From IMG/VR virus record IMGVR_UViG_3300048574_000427, positions 1 to 40,209 of that record: 40,209 nucleotides of DNA; one strand, given 5' to 3'. A program made the translations under genes and the position numbers. The DNA is from a virus (Duplodnaviria; Caudoviricetes). Shown piece by piece: positions 1 through 8,034 of the stretch (position 1 is the first letter of the stretch; each line of letters begins with the position of its first letter). Below the pieces are notes generated by a model. The model searched no databases, was not told the origin of the DNA, and saw only the letters and a program-made list of their open reading frames with translations.

Positions 1-3000
1 CTACACCGCCTGCACCTCGACGACGCCCGGCACCGCCTTGATGGCGCCCGCGATCTGGGGCGAGACCTTGTAGCGGCCCGGGAGCTTGATCTCCACTTCG
101 GTACCGGCCGAGAGCATCAGCACCAGATTGACCTCGCCGTCGGCCGCACCCGGGCCGCCCATATTGGCGAGCCGGTAGGAGACCGCCTCGAGGGGCTTTT
201 CGTCGCGCATGAAGACGCGCAGGCCCTTCTGCATCTTGGCGGCGGCTTGGTCGAGGAGTTCGGCGGTCTGGATGCGGGCGCGCACGTCGTCGCCTTGAGC
301 CTCGGCGGTCATGAACAGGAGCACCGCCTGCCCGGGCTCCAGGAGATCGCGGTACTGCTGCAAACCTTCGGAGAACAGGATCGCCTCGTAATGGCCGGTC
401 GGGTCGGACAGGCCGATGATGCCCATCTTGTTGCCGGTCTTGGTGCGCCGCTCCATGCGCGACACCACGGTGGCAGCGACGCGGCCCGCATTGGCGCCCG
501 CCTTGACGGCGCGGGAGAACTCGGCCCAGCTCTGCACCCGCAGCTTCTTCAGGACCTCCGCATAGTCGTCGAGGGGATGGCCGGTTAGGAAGAAGCCGAT
601 GGCGTCGTATTCCTTCTGCAGGCGGTCGGCCGGCAGCCACGGCTGCACCGCAGGGATCACCAGCGCCTCGCGCGCCGCCGGCCCGCCGAACAGTTCGTTC
701 TGTCCGGAGGTGGCGGATTCGTAAGTGCGCTGGGCGGTCGCCATGATGGACTCGACCGCCGCCGCGGCGCGGGCGCGGTCGGGTTCCAGACAATCGAAGC
801 CGCCGGCGGCGGCGAGGCTTTCGAGCACGCGCTTGTTGACGGCGCGCGGATTGATGCGCCCGGCGAAGTCGGCCAGGTCCTTGAAGCGACCGCCCTCCTG
901 GCGCGCCACCACGATGCTGCGGCAGGCTTCCGGCCCGACCCCTTTCAGGGCCGCGAGTGCGTAGAGGATGGTCCCCTCCTCGACGTCGAAGTCGACGCCC
1001 GAGCGTACCACCGACGGCGGCTCGATCTTGATGCCGAGACGCAGGACCTCGGAGCGGAATTCGGCCAGCTTGTCGGTATTGCCCATTTCCAGCGTCATGG
1101 ACGCCGCCATGAACTCGACCGGGTAGTTCGCCTTCATGTAGGCGGTGTGGTAGGCGACCAGCGCGTAGGCGGCCGCATGGCTCTTGTTGAAGCCGTAGTC
1201 GGCGAACTTCGCCAAGAGCTCGAAGATGGTCTCGGCCGTCGCCTTGTCGATGCCGCGTTCGACGCAGCCGGAGACGAAGCGGGCCGTCTGCTTCTCCATT
1301 TCGGAGCGGATCTTCTTGCCCATGGCGCGGCGCAAGAGGTCGGCCTCGCCGAGGGAGTAGCCGGCCAGCACCTGGGCGATCTGCATCACCTGTTCCTGGT
1401 AGATGATGACGCCGTGGGTCTCGCGCAGACAAGGCTCGAGCTTGGGATGGGCGTATTCGGGCTCCTCGTCGCCGTGCTTCCTCGCGCAGTAGGTCGGGAT
1501 GTTGGCCATCGGGCCCGGCCGGTAGAGGGCGACCAGCGCGATGATGTCCTCGAAACGGTCGGGGCGCATGTCCAGGAGCGCGCGCCGCATGCCCTGGCTT
1601 TCCAGCTGGAACACGCCCACCGTCTCGGCGCGCTGCAGGAGTTCGTAGGTCTTGCGGTCGTCGAGCGGCACGGTGGCGAGGTCGATGTTGATTTTGCGGT
1701 TCTTCAGGAGATCGACGGCGGTGCGCAGCGTCGTCAGGGTCTTGAGGCCGAGGAAGTCGAACTTCACCAGGCCGGCCTGCTCGACCCATTTCATGTTGAA
1801 CTGGGTCACCGGCATGTCCGACTTGGGGTCGCGATAGAGCGGCACCAGTTCGGACAGCGGCCGGTCGCCGATGACGATGCCGGCGGCGTGGGTCGATGCG
1901 TGACGATTGAGGCCTTCGAGCTTTTGCGCGATCGCGAAGGCGCGGCCGACCACCGGTTCGGTGTCGCGCGCCGCCTGCAGCTTGGGCTCGCCCTCGATGG
2001 CCTTGGCCAGAGTCACGGGTGCGGCCGGGTTCTGGGGCACGAGCTTGCACAGCTTGTCGACCTGGCCATAGGGCATTTCGAGCACCCGGCCGACGTCGCG
2101 CAGGACGCCGCGCGCCTGCAGGGTGCCGAAGGTGATGATCTGGGCGACCTGATCGCGGCCGTAACGCTCCTGGACGTAATGGATGACCTCGTCGCGGCGC
2201 GACTGGCAGAAATCGATGTCGAAGTCCGGCATCGACACGCGCTCCGGATTGAGGAAGCGCTCGAACAGGAGATTGAACCGCAGCGGATCGAGATCGGTGA
2301 TCTTCATGGACCAAGCGACCAGCGAGCCGGCGCCGGAGCCGCGGCCCGGCCCGACCGGAATGCCGTGGTCCTTGGCCCAGGTGATAAAATCCGACACGAT
2401 GAGGAAGTAGCCCGGAAACTTCATCTTCTCGATGACGCCGAGCTCGTAGGCGAGCCGGGCGTGGTAGTCCTCGACCGTATGGCCCGACGAGGTGCCGTGA
2501 TGGGCGAGCCTCGCTTCGAGGCCGAGCGCGGCGCGGCGCCTGAGTTCGGCCGTCTCGTCGTCGCGTCCGCTGTCTCCGGCGAGGAAGCGCGGCAGGATCG
2601 GCTTGTGGGTTCTGGGGCGAAAGCTGCAGCGCTTGGCGATTTCGACGGTGGACGCCAGCGCCTCGGGCAGGTCGGCGAACAGCTTGACCATCTCGGCGCG
2701 CGTCTTGAAGCGGTGCTCCGGGGTCAGATGGCGGCGCTCGGCCTCGGCGAGCATTCGTCCCTCGGCGATGCACAGAAGCGCGTCGTGGGCTTCGTAGTCG
2801 TCGGCGGCGGCAAAATAGGGCTCGTTGGCGGCCACCAGCGGCAGGCCGCGCGCATAGGCCAGATCGATCAGGACGGATTCGGCCGCCCTTTCCTCGGCGG
2901 TGCCGTGGCGTTGCAGCTCCACATAGAGGTTGGTGCCGAACAGTTTTTCCAACGCATCGGCGCGGGTGGCGATCAGGGGCGTCTGGCCGGCCCGGACGGC

Positions 3001-3504
3001 CCGGTCGAGTGGCCCGGCGGGCCCGCCCGTGAGTGCGATCAGCCCGTCGGTCAGCCCCTCCAGCCAGTCGAGCTTGAGATGGGCCGTCTCCTGGGCGGGA
3101 TGATCGAGAAAGGCCCGCGAGCTCAGCCGCATCAGGTTGCGGTAGCCCTCCTGGCGGATGGCGAGCAGCACGATGCGCGGGAATGTCCGCAGGGACGGGC
3201 TCACAGGCCCGCGGACGCCATGATCGAGGTCACCGAAATCGATGGCGAGCGAACAGCCGACGATGGGCTGGATGCCCATGCCGGCGAGCTTTTCGGAAAA
3301 CTCCAGCGCGCCGAACATGTTGTCGGTGTCGGTCAGGGCCAGCGCCGGCTGCCTGTCGGCGTCCGCGAGTTTCGCCAGCTTGGCGACCGGCAGCGCGCCT
3401 TCCAGGAGTGAATAGGCAGAGTGCACGTGCAGGTGCACGAAGCCGGGATCGGAGCTCGCGGATGTGCTCGCAGACGTGCTTGCAGGTTTGGGCAACTCTC
3501 GCAC
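1..3504 (-). CDS. dnaE: DNA polymerase III alpha subunit (host, replicative DnaE1 type)
   Basis: 1167-aa ORF with PHP domain (FVHLHVHSAYSLLEG), GPGRGSGAGS, MPDFDIDF catalytic motif, FADYGFNKSHAAAY and C-terminal OB fold. True start may be TTG at 3495, which has GAGGTG upstream. Confidence 0.98.
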   Translation of the reverse strand: MRELPKPASTSASTSASSDPGFVHLHVHSAYSLLEGALPVAKLAKLADADRQPALALTDTDNMFGALEFSEKLAGMGIQPIVGCSLAIDFGDLDHGVRGPVSPSLRTFPRIVLLAIRQEGYRNLMRLSSRAFLDHPAQETAHLKLDWLEGLTDGLIALTGGPAGPLDRAVRAGQTPLIATRADALEKLFGTNLYVELQRHGTAEERAAESVLIDLAYARGLPLVAANEPYFAAADDYEAHDALLCIAEGRMLAEAERRHLTPEHRFKTRAEMVKLFADLPEALASTVEIAKRCSFRPRTHKPILPRFLAGDSGRDDETAELRRRAALGLEARLAHHGTSSGHTVEDYHARLAYELGVIEKMKFPGYFLIVSDFITWAKDHGIPVGPGRGSGAGSLVAWSMKITDLDPLRFNLLFERFLNPERVSMPDFDIDFCQSRRDEVIHYVQERYGRDQVAQIITFGTLQARGVLRDVGRVLEMPYGQVDKLCKLVPQNPAAPVTLAKAIEGEPKLQAARDTEPVVGRAFAIAQKLEGLNRHASTHAAGIVIGDRPLSELVPLYRDPKSDMPVTQFNMKWVEQAGLVKFDFLGLKTLTTLRTAVDLLKNRKINIDLATVPLDDRKTYELLQRAETVGVFQLESQGMRRALLDMRPDRFEDIIALVALYRPGPMANIPTYCARKHGDEEPEYAHPKLEPCLRETHGVIIYQEQVMQIAQVLAGYSLGEADLLRRAMGKKIRSEMEKQTARFVSGCVERGIDKATAETIFELLAKFADYGFNKSHAAAYALVAYHTAYMKANYPVEFMAASMTLEMGNTDKLAEFRSEVLRLGIKIEPPSVVRSGVDFDVEEGTILYALAALKGVGPEACRSIVVARQEGGRFKDLADFAGRINPRAVNKRVLESLAAAGGFDCLEPDRARAAAAVESIMATAQRTYESATSGQNELFGGPAAREALVIPAVQPWLPADRLQKEYDAIGFFLTGHPLDDYAEVLKKLRVQSWAEFSRAVKAGANAGRVAATVVSRMERRTKTGNKMGIIGLSDPTGHYEAILFSEGLQQYRDLLEPGQAVLLFMTAEAQGDDVRARIQTAELLDQAAAKMQKGLRVFMRDEKPLEAVSYRLANMGGPGAADGEVNLVLMLSAGTEVEIKLPGRYKVSPQIAGAIKAVPGVVEVQAV

Positions 3505-3730
3505 CTCACGCGGCCTGGGAATCGGGCCGGCATGGTGCGGATGCTCCGACGCCCTGTCCAGCCGCGAAGCCGCTGGAGGCGCCCACTCTTCACAGAGTTG
3601 CGCGCTGGTCCGCTCCGATCAAAGCGACGCGATCACTTGGGCCCATACGGCCAGCATGCCCAGAAACAGAGAAATCGATGCGAGGGCGACGGCTTCTTCC
3701 ACAACGGCGCGGATCATCTGTGTCCTCCCA

Positions 3731-3745
3731 GAACATAATGAGAAC
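3731..3745 (-). promoter_or_regulatory. Alphaproteobacterial LexA (SOS) box upstream of dnaE
   Basis: GAACataatgaGAAC is an exact GAAC-N7-GAAC (GTTC-N7-GTTC on the minus strand), about 230 bp upstream of dnaE. Confidence 0.75.
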
Positions 3746-3846
3746 TTAGTACTCGATATGTTCTCTTGTCAATGGCCAGCAAGTCGGATCATGCGACCGA
3801 ACTCGTGCTGATCAATCACAAGGTTAACGAGGGCCGACGAACTTTC

Positions 3847-4170
3847 TGTAACGCGCAGGATCACATGGCACTTTTGGGCGAAATGGCGGGATCGTCCGGG
3901 ATAGGGCGGGACGGGGCGGGAAACTGTGGCGCCACAAGGGTTTGGGCGGGCGCTGGCGGCGCAAAAGGGCTCACCTGGCCAAAGGTGGCCGCGCAACTTC
4001 AAATGTCACAAACGCGATACGGCGGCGGAAAAAACCGTTGTTTGTCAGTGAGAACTGGGAAATCGATTCCCAGTTCGGCTACAGCCCGACGCAAGACAAA
4101 TATAGAAGCAGCAGCAATAGCTTACGCCAATTAGGCGAGCCACCCGCGATTATGGAAGTGGGAAAAATCG
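3847..4170 (+). repeat. Probable prophage left end (attL) with repeated transposase/repressor-type sites
   Basis: Starts TGTAACGCGCAGGATCACATGGCACTT at 3847 (TG terminus). Contains inverted repeat GAACTGGGAA-atcga-TTCCCAGTTC (4052-4076), related GAAGTGGGAA (4155-4164) and imperfect IHF-like sites (4031-4043 minus, 4112-4124 plus). Alternative TGT start at 4043. Confidence 0.5.
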
Positions 4171-4219
4171 GAACGCTCTGAAGGCGCAATTAACCGGCCT
4201 CAAATAGCCGTCACGAGCC

Positions 4220-4525
4220 CTAAAGTTTGCCGGCGAGCAACTTCCCATCCAGGGTAACCGATCTCGTCTCGCCGAACTCAAACCGGCACATAGCCACACG
4301 TTGCTTGCCACCAGCATCGAAGGGCATGGTGACGATACCGGTGTAAACGTCCCCTTGAACGCCTGCCCGGGTCACATCACTCAAGCCCACGTCATAACTG
4401 GTGAAACGCTCGACGGCAGCTTCGCACTTTATTTTGGCCAGCGACACCGGATCGGCGGGCGATAGCACTATCCAGCCGGCGAAAACGATCCCCAGTAACA
4501 GCAAAAAACCCAACAACCGCTTCAC
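4220..4525 (-). CDS. Small exported or membrane-anchored protein downstream of the repressor (moron candidate)
   Basis: 101 aa, N-terminal hydrophobic helix (LLGFLLLLGIVFAGWIVL), two Cys, RBS AGGAGG, starts 20 bp after the repressor stop. Confidence 0.75.
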   Translation of the reverse strand: MKRLLGFLLLLGIVFAGWIVLSPADPVSLAKIKCEAAVERFTSYDVGLSDVTRAGVQGDVYTGIVTMPFDAGGKQRVAMCRFEFGETRSVTLDGKLLAGKL

Positions 4526-4544
4526 TGCCCCCTCCTACAACGGG

Positions 4545-5201
4545 CTAGATACTACGCCCGAACCACCTCACTCGTCCTTCGATTTTGAGGTCGTTCACCT
4601 CGGTCGCGGGCACGATCTCATCCTCGTAACGATCGTTGTCAGACTTCAGGATGGCGCTACCGTCGCGCCGCGTCTGGATGCGTTTGACCAGAACCATGCC
4701 GGCCAGGACGAGGACGTAAATCCCCTCGTCGCGAACCCTTTCAAACGATCGGTCAATCAGAAGCAGGTCTCCATCCCGGATCGTCGGCTCCATCGAGTCG
4801 CCGACGGCGATGAGCACCTCCGCGCGCCTTGGGTTGACGCCGACGCGGTGCAACCACTCGGTGCGAAAAGCCACGAATTCAGCGGCGCCGTTAAGGTCGT
4901 CAAACGGGACGATCGCTCCAGGCCCTGCGCTGGCCCTCACGTTATAGCGATGAATGAAGGAAAACTTGGCCTCGTCCACCCCATGCACTTCCTGACTTTG
5001 GCCGAGCACGAGCCAGTCGAGCGATTCTCCGCACGCCGTGGCCATCGCCGCCAAATTGTCCATTGACGGCCTAGAATTCTTGGCTTCGTCCAGCCACTGG
5101 CGGACAGACTCCGCATTTACACCGCAAAGCCTTGCAAATGCAGCATTATTCCCTCCGGAATGCCTATCTATTAAGTCTAAAAGCCGGTGCCTGAACGACA
5201 C
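4545..5201 (-). CDS. CI-like repressor, XRE HTH plus S24 autopeptidase domain
   Basis: HTH (NAAFARLCGVNAESVRQWL), Ala-Gly cleavage site (RASAGPG), catalytic Ser (GDSMEP) and Lys (VKRI). GTG start at 5201 has GAGG upstream. Confidence 0.92.
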   Translation of the reverse strand: MSFRHRLLDLIDRHSGGNNAAFARLCGVNAESVRQWLDEAKNSRPSMDNLAAMATACGESLDWLVLGQSQEVHGVDEAKFSFIHRYNVRASAGPGAIVPFDDLNGAAEFVAFRTEWLHRVGVNPRRAEVLIAVGDSMEPTIRDGDLLLIDRSFERVRDEGIYVLVLAGMVLVKRIQTRRDGSAILKSDNDRYEDEIVPATEVNDLKIEGRVRWFGRSI

Positions 5202-5224
5202 GAAATAGGCCCTCGTCCCAATAT

Positions 5225-5244
5225 TTCTTGTGTCATCACAAGAA
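5225..5244. promoter_or_regulatory. Candidate operator in the repressor/ner divergent region
   Basis: Perfect inverted repeat TTCTTGTG-tcat-CACAAGAA in an AT-rich intergenic stretch. Confidence 0.6.
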
Positions 5245-5320
5245 CTGTTGCATGGTGTCACCCAAGTGATTTGCGCGGCCCGAAAAACCGCCCGGGGGAG
5301 GGCGGTGATCCGAGGGGGAG

Positions 5321-5620
5321 ATGCGGACCTATCGTTGGGATCGCCACGCCATCAAGGCGGAGGTGCACCGCCGTGGGCTGACCCTGTTGGGGATCGCCCA
5401 GGCAGCCGGGCTGGAGCCGAGCGCCTGCAAAGTGGCGCTCCGCCGGCGGAACTACCGCGGCGAAGCCGCCATTGCGGCGGCCCTCGGGATCGACCCCTCC
5501 GTCCTGTGGCCTGATCGCTACCGCAGGCCCGTATCTTCCGGGCGGAACCCTAGCCGAATTCAACCGCGGACGGCGAGTCCAAACGCGCCCTCTCCGTTGA
5601 CATTGCGGGGGGCCGAATGA
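5321..5620 (+). CDS. ner: Ner-like DNA-binding protein
   Basis: WDRHAIKAEVHRRGLTL...GEAAIAAALGIDPSVLWPDRY matches the Ner/SfsB pattern; divergent from the repressor; GGGGGAG upstream. Confidence 0.9.
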   Translation: MRTYRWDRHAIKAEVHRRGLTLLGIAQAAGLEPSACKVALRRRNYRGEAAIAAALGIDPSVLWPDRYRRPVSSGRNPSRIQPRTASPNAPSPLTLRGAE

Positions 5621-5775
5621 CCCCCTCCCCGGTCCAATTACCGCAAAACTTGGACATCACGCCGGCGCAGTGGCGCCAAGTGCTGATCCTGGTCGTGGCC
5701 GGCCTCGTGTGCGCCTGGCTGACCCTGTCGGCGGCGATCCTGGAAATGATGATCTGGAGCGGGGCAGCGTCATGA
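5617..5775 (+). CDS. 52-aa single-TM hypothetical protein (not in ORF track)
   Basis: MTPSPVQLPQNLDITPAQWRQVLILVVAGLVCAWLTLSAAILEMMIWSGAAS; ATGA overlaps with ner and with the next gene. Confidence 0.65.
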   Translation: MTPSPVQLPQNLDITPAQWRQVLILVVAGLVCAWLTLSAAILEMMIWSGAAS

Positions 5776-6032
5776 CCGACCCGTATCTTCTCTGCGCACA
5801 GACTATTGCTGCCGCTGCGACCGGCGCATCGACGCCTACGCTGAAGCAAGCGGTCGAAGCCTTGTCTGTGGCTGATCCCGAACTCGACGAGCTGGCGCAG
5901 TGCCGCCGCACGGTCGAGGCCGCGATCGAGGCCATCGGCGGCACCGACGTCGATAAGTGGAGCAGCCTACTTGGCGTGATCGCCTTCCACTTCGCTCCGC
6001 AGCTTCTGGAGACGGTCGATGGCGCCCTCTAA
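5772..6032 (+). CDS. Hypothetical early protein (86 aa)
   Basis: ATGA coupling to the previous ORF; MTDPYLLCAQ...; 3' end overlaps a convergent ORF. Confidence 0.55.
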   Translation: MTDPYLLCAQTIAAAATGASTPTLKQAVEALSVADPELDELAQCRRTVEAAIEAIGGTDVDKWSSLLGVIAFHFAPQLLETVDGAL

Positions 6033-6236
6033 CGTCCCGGCAGTCAACGGCGGATCGTCGGTTTCGAGCGGTTCCCGCAATCGCACCAACAGCGTGTCGA
6101 TCGTGACTGGCGTTCCGGCGCGCAGCAGCGACATCGCGGCGTCTGCCAGGGCGAGGCGCCACAGCGTGCTGTCAGTCCTCATCCGCTCTCGCAGGCGTTC
6201 AAACCGCTCTACAACCTTCTTTTCACGTTCCTTCAT
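5967..6236 (-). CDS. Antisense-oriented hypothetical helical protein (89 aa)
   Basis: ATG at 6236 preceded by GGGGGAG; MKEREKKVVERFERLRERMRTDSTLWRLALADAAMSLL... Confidence 0.55.
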   Translation of the reverse strand: MKEREKKVVERFERLRERMRTDSTLWRLALADAAMSLLRAGTPVTIDTLLVRLREPLETDDPPLTAGTLEGAIDRLQKLRSEVEGDHAK

Positions 6237-6398
6237 GATCTCCCCCAGTTCGGTAGTTGGCACTCCGATCCTAGGGGAAGCGCGCCGCCTGCGTCAGTGG
6301 CGGGAATCGCGCACGCACGACGCCCTCCAAGCTCTGCGTGTGCATGGCCGGGCGGGCCAAATCGCCCGTCCGGCCTGTAAATTCGGCGAGAAGCCGCG

Positions 6399-6716
6399 AT
6401 GACGCGCATCTCGCTCCAGCGCCAGATCGAGGCCGTCACGCTCGCCCATGTGAGTGCGCGGCATCAGCTCGCGCAGCGTCTGCGGACCGGCGGTCTGAGC
6501 GAACCCGAGCGGGACCTCAAGCAGCAGCACGTCCTCGCACTGCGCGCTGCCCGCGAGACGCTCTTGGTGTTGGTGCGCGACCAGGCGCCGGGCATCGCCC
6601 GCCTGCATCACGACGCCATGGTGCAGGCCGCTTCCATCTCCCCCGACGAATTCACCGACATCCCCCTGCAGCCCGATCCGGAGGACGCGCCAGACGCGCG
6701 TTCAACCGCCCTTTAA
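6399..6716 (+). CDS. Hypothetical early protein
   Basis: 105-aa ORF in the early operon orientation with host-like codon usage. Confidence 0.7.
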   Translation: MTRISLQRQIEAVTLAHVSARHQLAQRLRTGGLSEPERDLKQQHVLALRAARETLLVLVRDQAPGIARLHHDAMVQAASISPDEFTDIPLQPDPEDAPDARSTAL

Positions 6717-6740
6717 CGCCTCGTAACGGCCAGCTCGAAA

Positions 6741-7577
6741 ATGACCATCAAGACCATCGAAATCGCCAAGATCGACGTCGGACAGCGCCTACGCGCGCGC
6801 CGGCAGGACTGGGTCGAGACATTTGCCGAGCAGATCACGGGCGGCGAGGAACTGCCGCCGATCGAGGTGGTCGAGCGCGCCGACGGGCGTTTTGCCCTGA
6901 TCACCGGCGAACACCGCACGGCGGCGCACCTCAAAGCTGGCCGCACCGAGATCGTCGCCGACGTCAAGGATGCCACCGCTTTCGCGGACGAGGCTGCCTG
7001 CCGGCTGCGCGAGATCAAGGAGAACCTGTGCCGGGCGGGCCTGACCGAGCTCGACCGTGCGGTCGCCATCGCGACCTGGAAGGCGATCTACGAGGCGGCG
7101 AACCCCGTGCGGAAGCGTGGTCGGCCGAGTGCAGACAAAAATATTCCAGATTCTGGAGAATTCTTTTCCTCAACGTTTTCAAAGGCTGCCGCCAGTGCAA
7201 TCGGCATCTCGCAGAGCTCCGTCTATCTCGCCGTAGAGATCGCCAACGGCATCGCCGAGGACGTTCGCACCAGCATCGCGGCCCATCCGATCGCCGATCG
7301 CCAAGCCGAGCTGCTGGCGCTCGCACACCAGACTGCCGCCCGGCAGGCCAAGATTGCCAAGCTGCTGCTCGACCCCGAGTCCGGCGTGCATTCGGTCGCG
7401 GACGCGATCGCGGCGATCGACAAGACGCCGGCGCCCGACAAGGCCGCCGCCTGGGAGAAGCTATCCAGCCGCTTCGCCCGGCTGAAAGAGTCGCAGCAGC
7501 ACGCCTTCTTCGAGGCTCACCACGACGCCATCGAGCTGTGGCTCGCCAAGCGCGGCAAGGGCAAGACGAGGCGGTGA
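6741..7577 (+). CDS. ParB/Srx N-terminal domain protein with HTH
   Basis: LPPIEVVERADGRFALITGEHRTAA and EIKENLCRAGLTELDRA; position upstream of the transposase is typical of B3/BcepMu-like phages. Confidence 0.85.
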   Translation: MTIKTIEIAKIDVGQRLRARRQDWVETFAEQITGGEELPPIEVVERADGRFALITGEHRTAAHLKAGRTEIVADVKDATAFADEAACRLREIKENLCRAGLTELDRAVAIATWKAIYEAANPVRKRGRPSADKNIPDSGEFFSSTFSKAAASAIGISQSSVYLAVEIANGIAEDVRTSIAAHPIADRQAELLALAHQTAARQAKIAKLLLDPESGVHSVADAIAAIDKTPAPDKAAAWEKLSSRFARLKESQQHAFFEAHHDAIELWLAKRGKGKTRR

Positions 7578-7581
7578 CGCC

Positions 7582-8034
7582 ATGCGGCCGCGCGACACCA
7601 ACACGCTCGATCTCTTCCGCGACCTCACGCCCAAACCCGTGGTGCCACGCTTCGGCGACGACGACGTCAAGGCGTGGACGCCGGCACGCCGGCTGTCACG
7701 CGCCATCGCCAAGACCTTGGACGAATGCGGCCGCTCGCGCGAGGAGATCGCGGAGGCACTCTCCGAGCACCTGGGCGAGCGCGTCTCCAAAGGCATGCTC
7801 GACGCCTACGCGTCGCCTGAAAAACCACATGCGATCTCGGCGCTGCGGCTCGCCGGCCTGGTGATGATCACCGGCGACGCCCGCGCCCTCAATACCCTGT
7901 TGTCCGGCGTCGACTTGATCGTGGTCGAGGCCCGGTACGAGGCACTGCTCAAGCGCGAGAGGGCCCGCGAGCTGAAGGAACGGCTCGAACGCGAAGAACA
8001 GGCCGCCGACGCGGAATGGAAAGCCCGGCGATGA
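7582..8034 (+). CDS. Conserved HTH protein preceding the transposase ('DNA transposition protein')
   Basis: SREEIAEALSEHLGERVSKGMLDAYAS motif; ATGA overlap with MuA. Confidence 0.75.
   Translation: MRPRDTNTLDLFRDLTPKPVVPRFGDDDVKAWTPARRLSRAIAKTLDECGRSREEIAEALSEHLGERVSKGMLDAYASPEKPHAISALRLAGLVMITGDARALNTLLSGVDLIVVEARYEALLKRERARELKERLEREEQAADAEWKARR

Noticed and set aside
1147-3411. 754-aa plus-strand ORF
   Set aside because: Antisense shadow of dnaE caused by high-GC codon bias; no recognisable motifs.
3811-6727. CtrA boxes near 3824, 4190 and 6713
   Set aside because: Only TTAA(C) half-sites; none forms TTAA-N7-TTAA.
6338-7864. 508-aa Arg-rich plus-strand ORF
   Set aside because: Off-frame reading across three real genes; composition typical of a GC-rich alternative frame.
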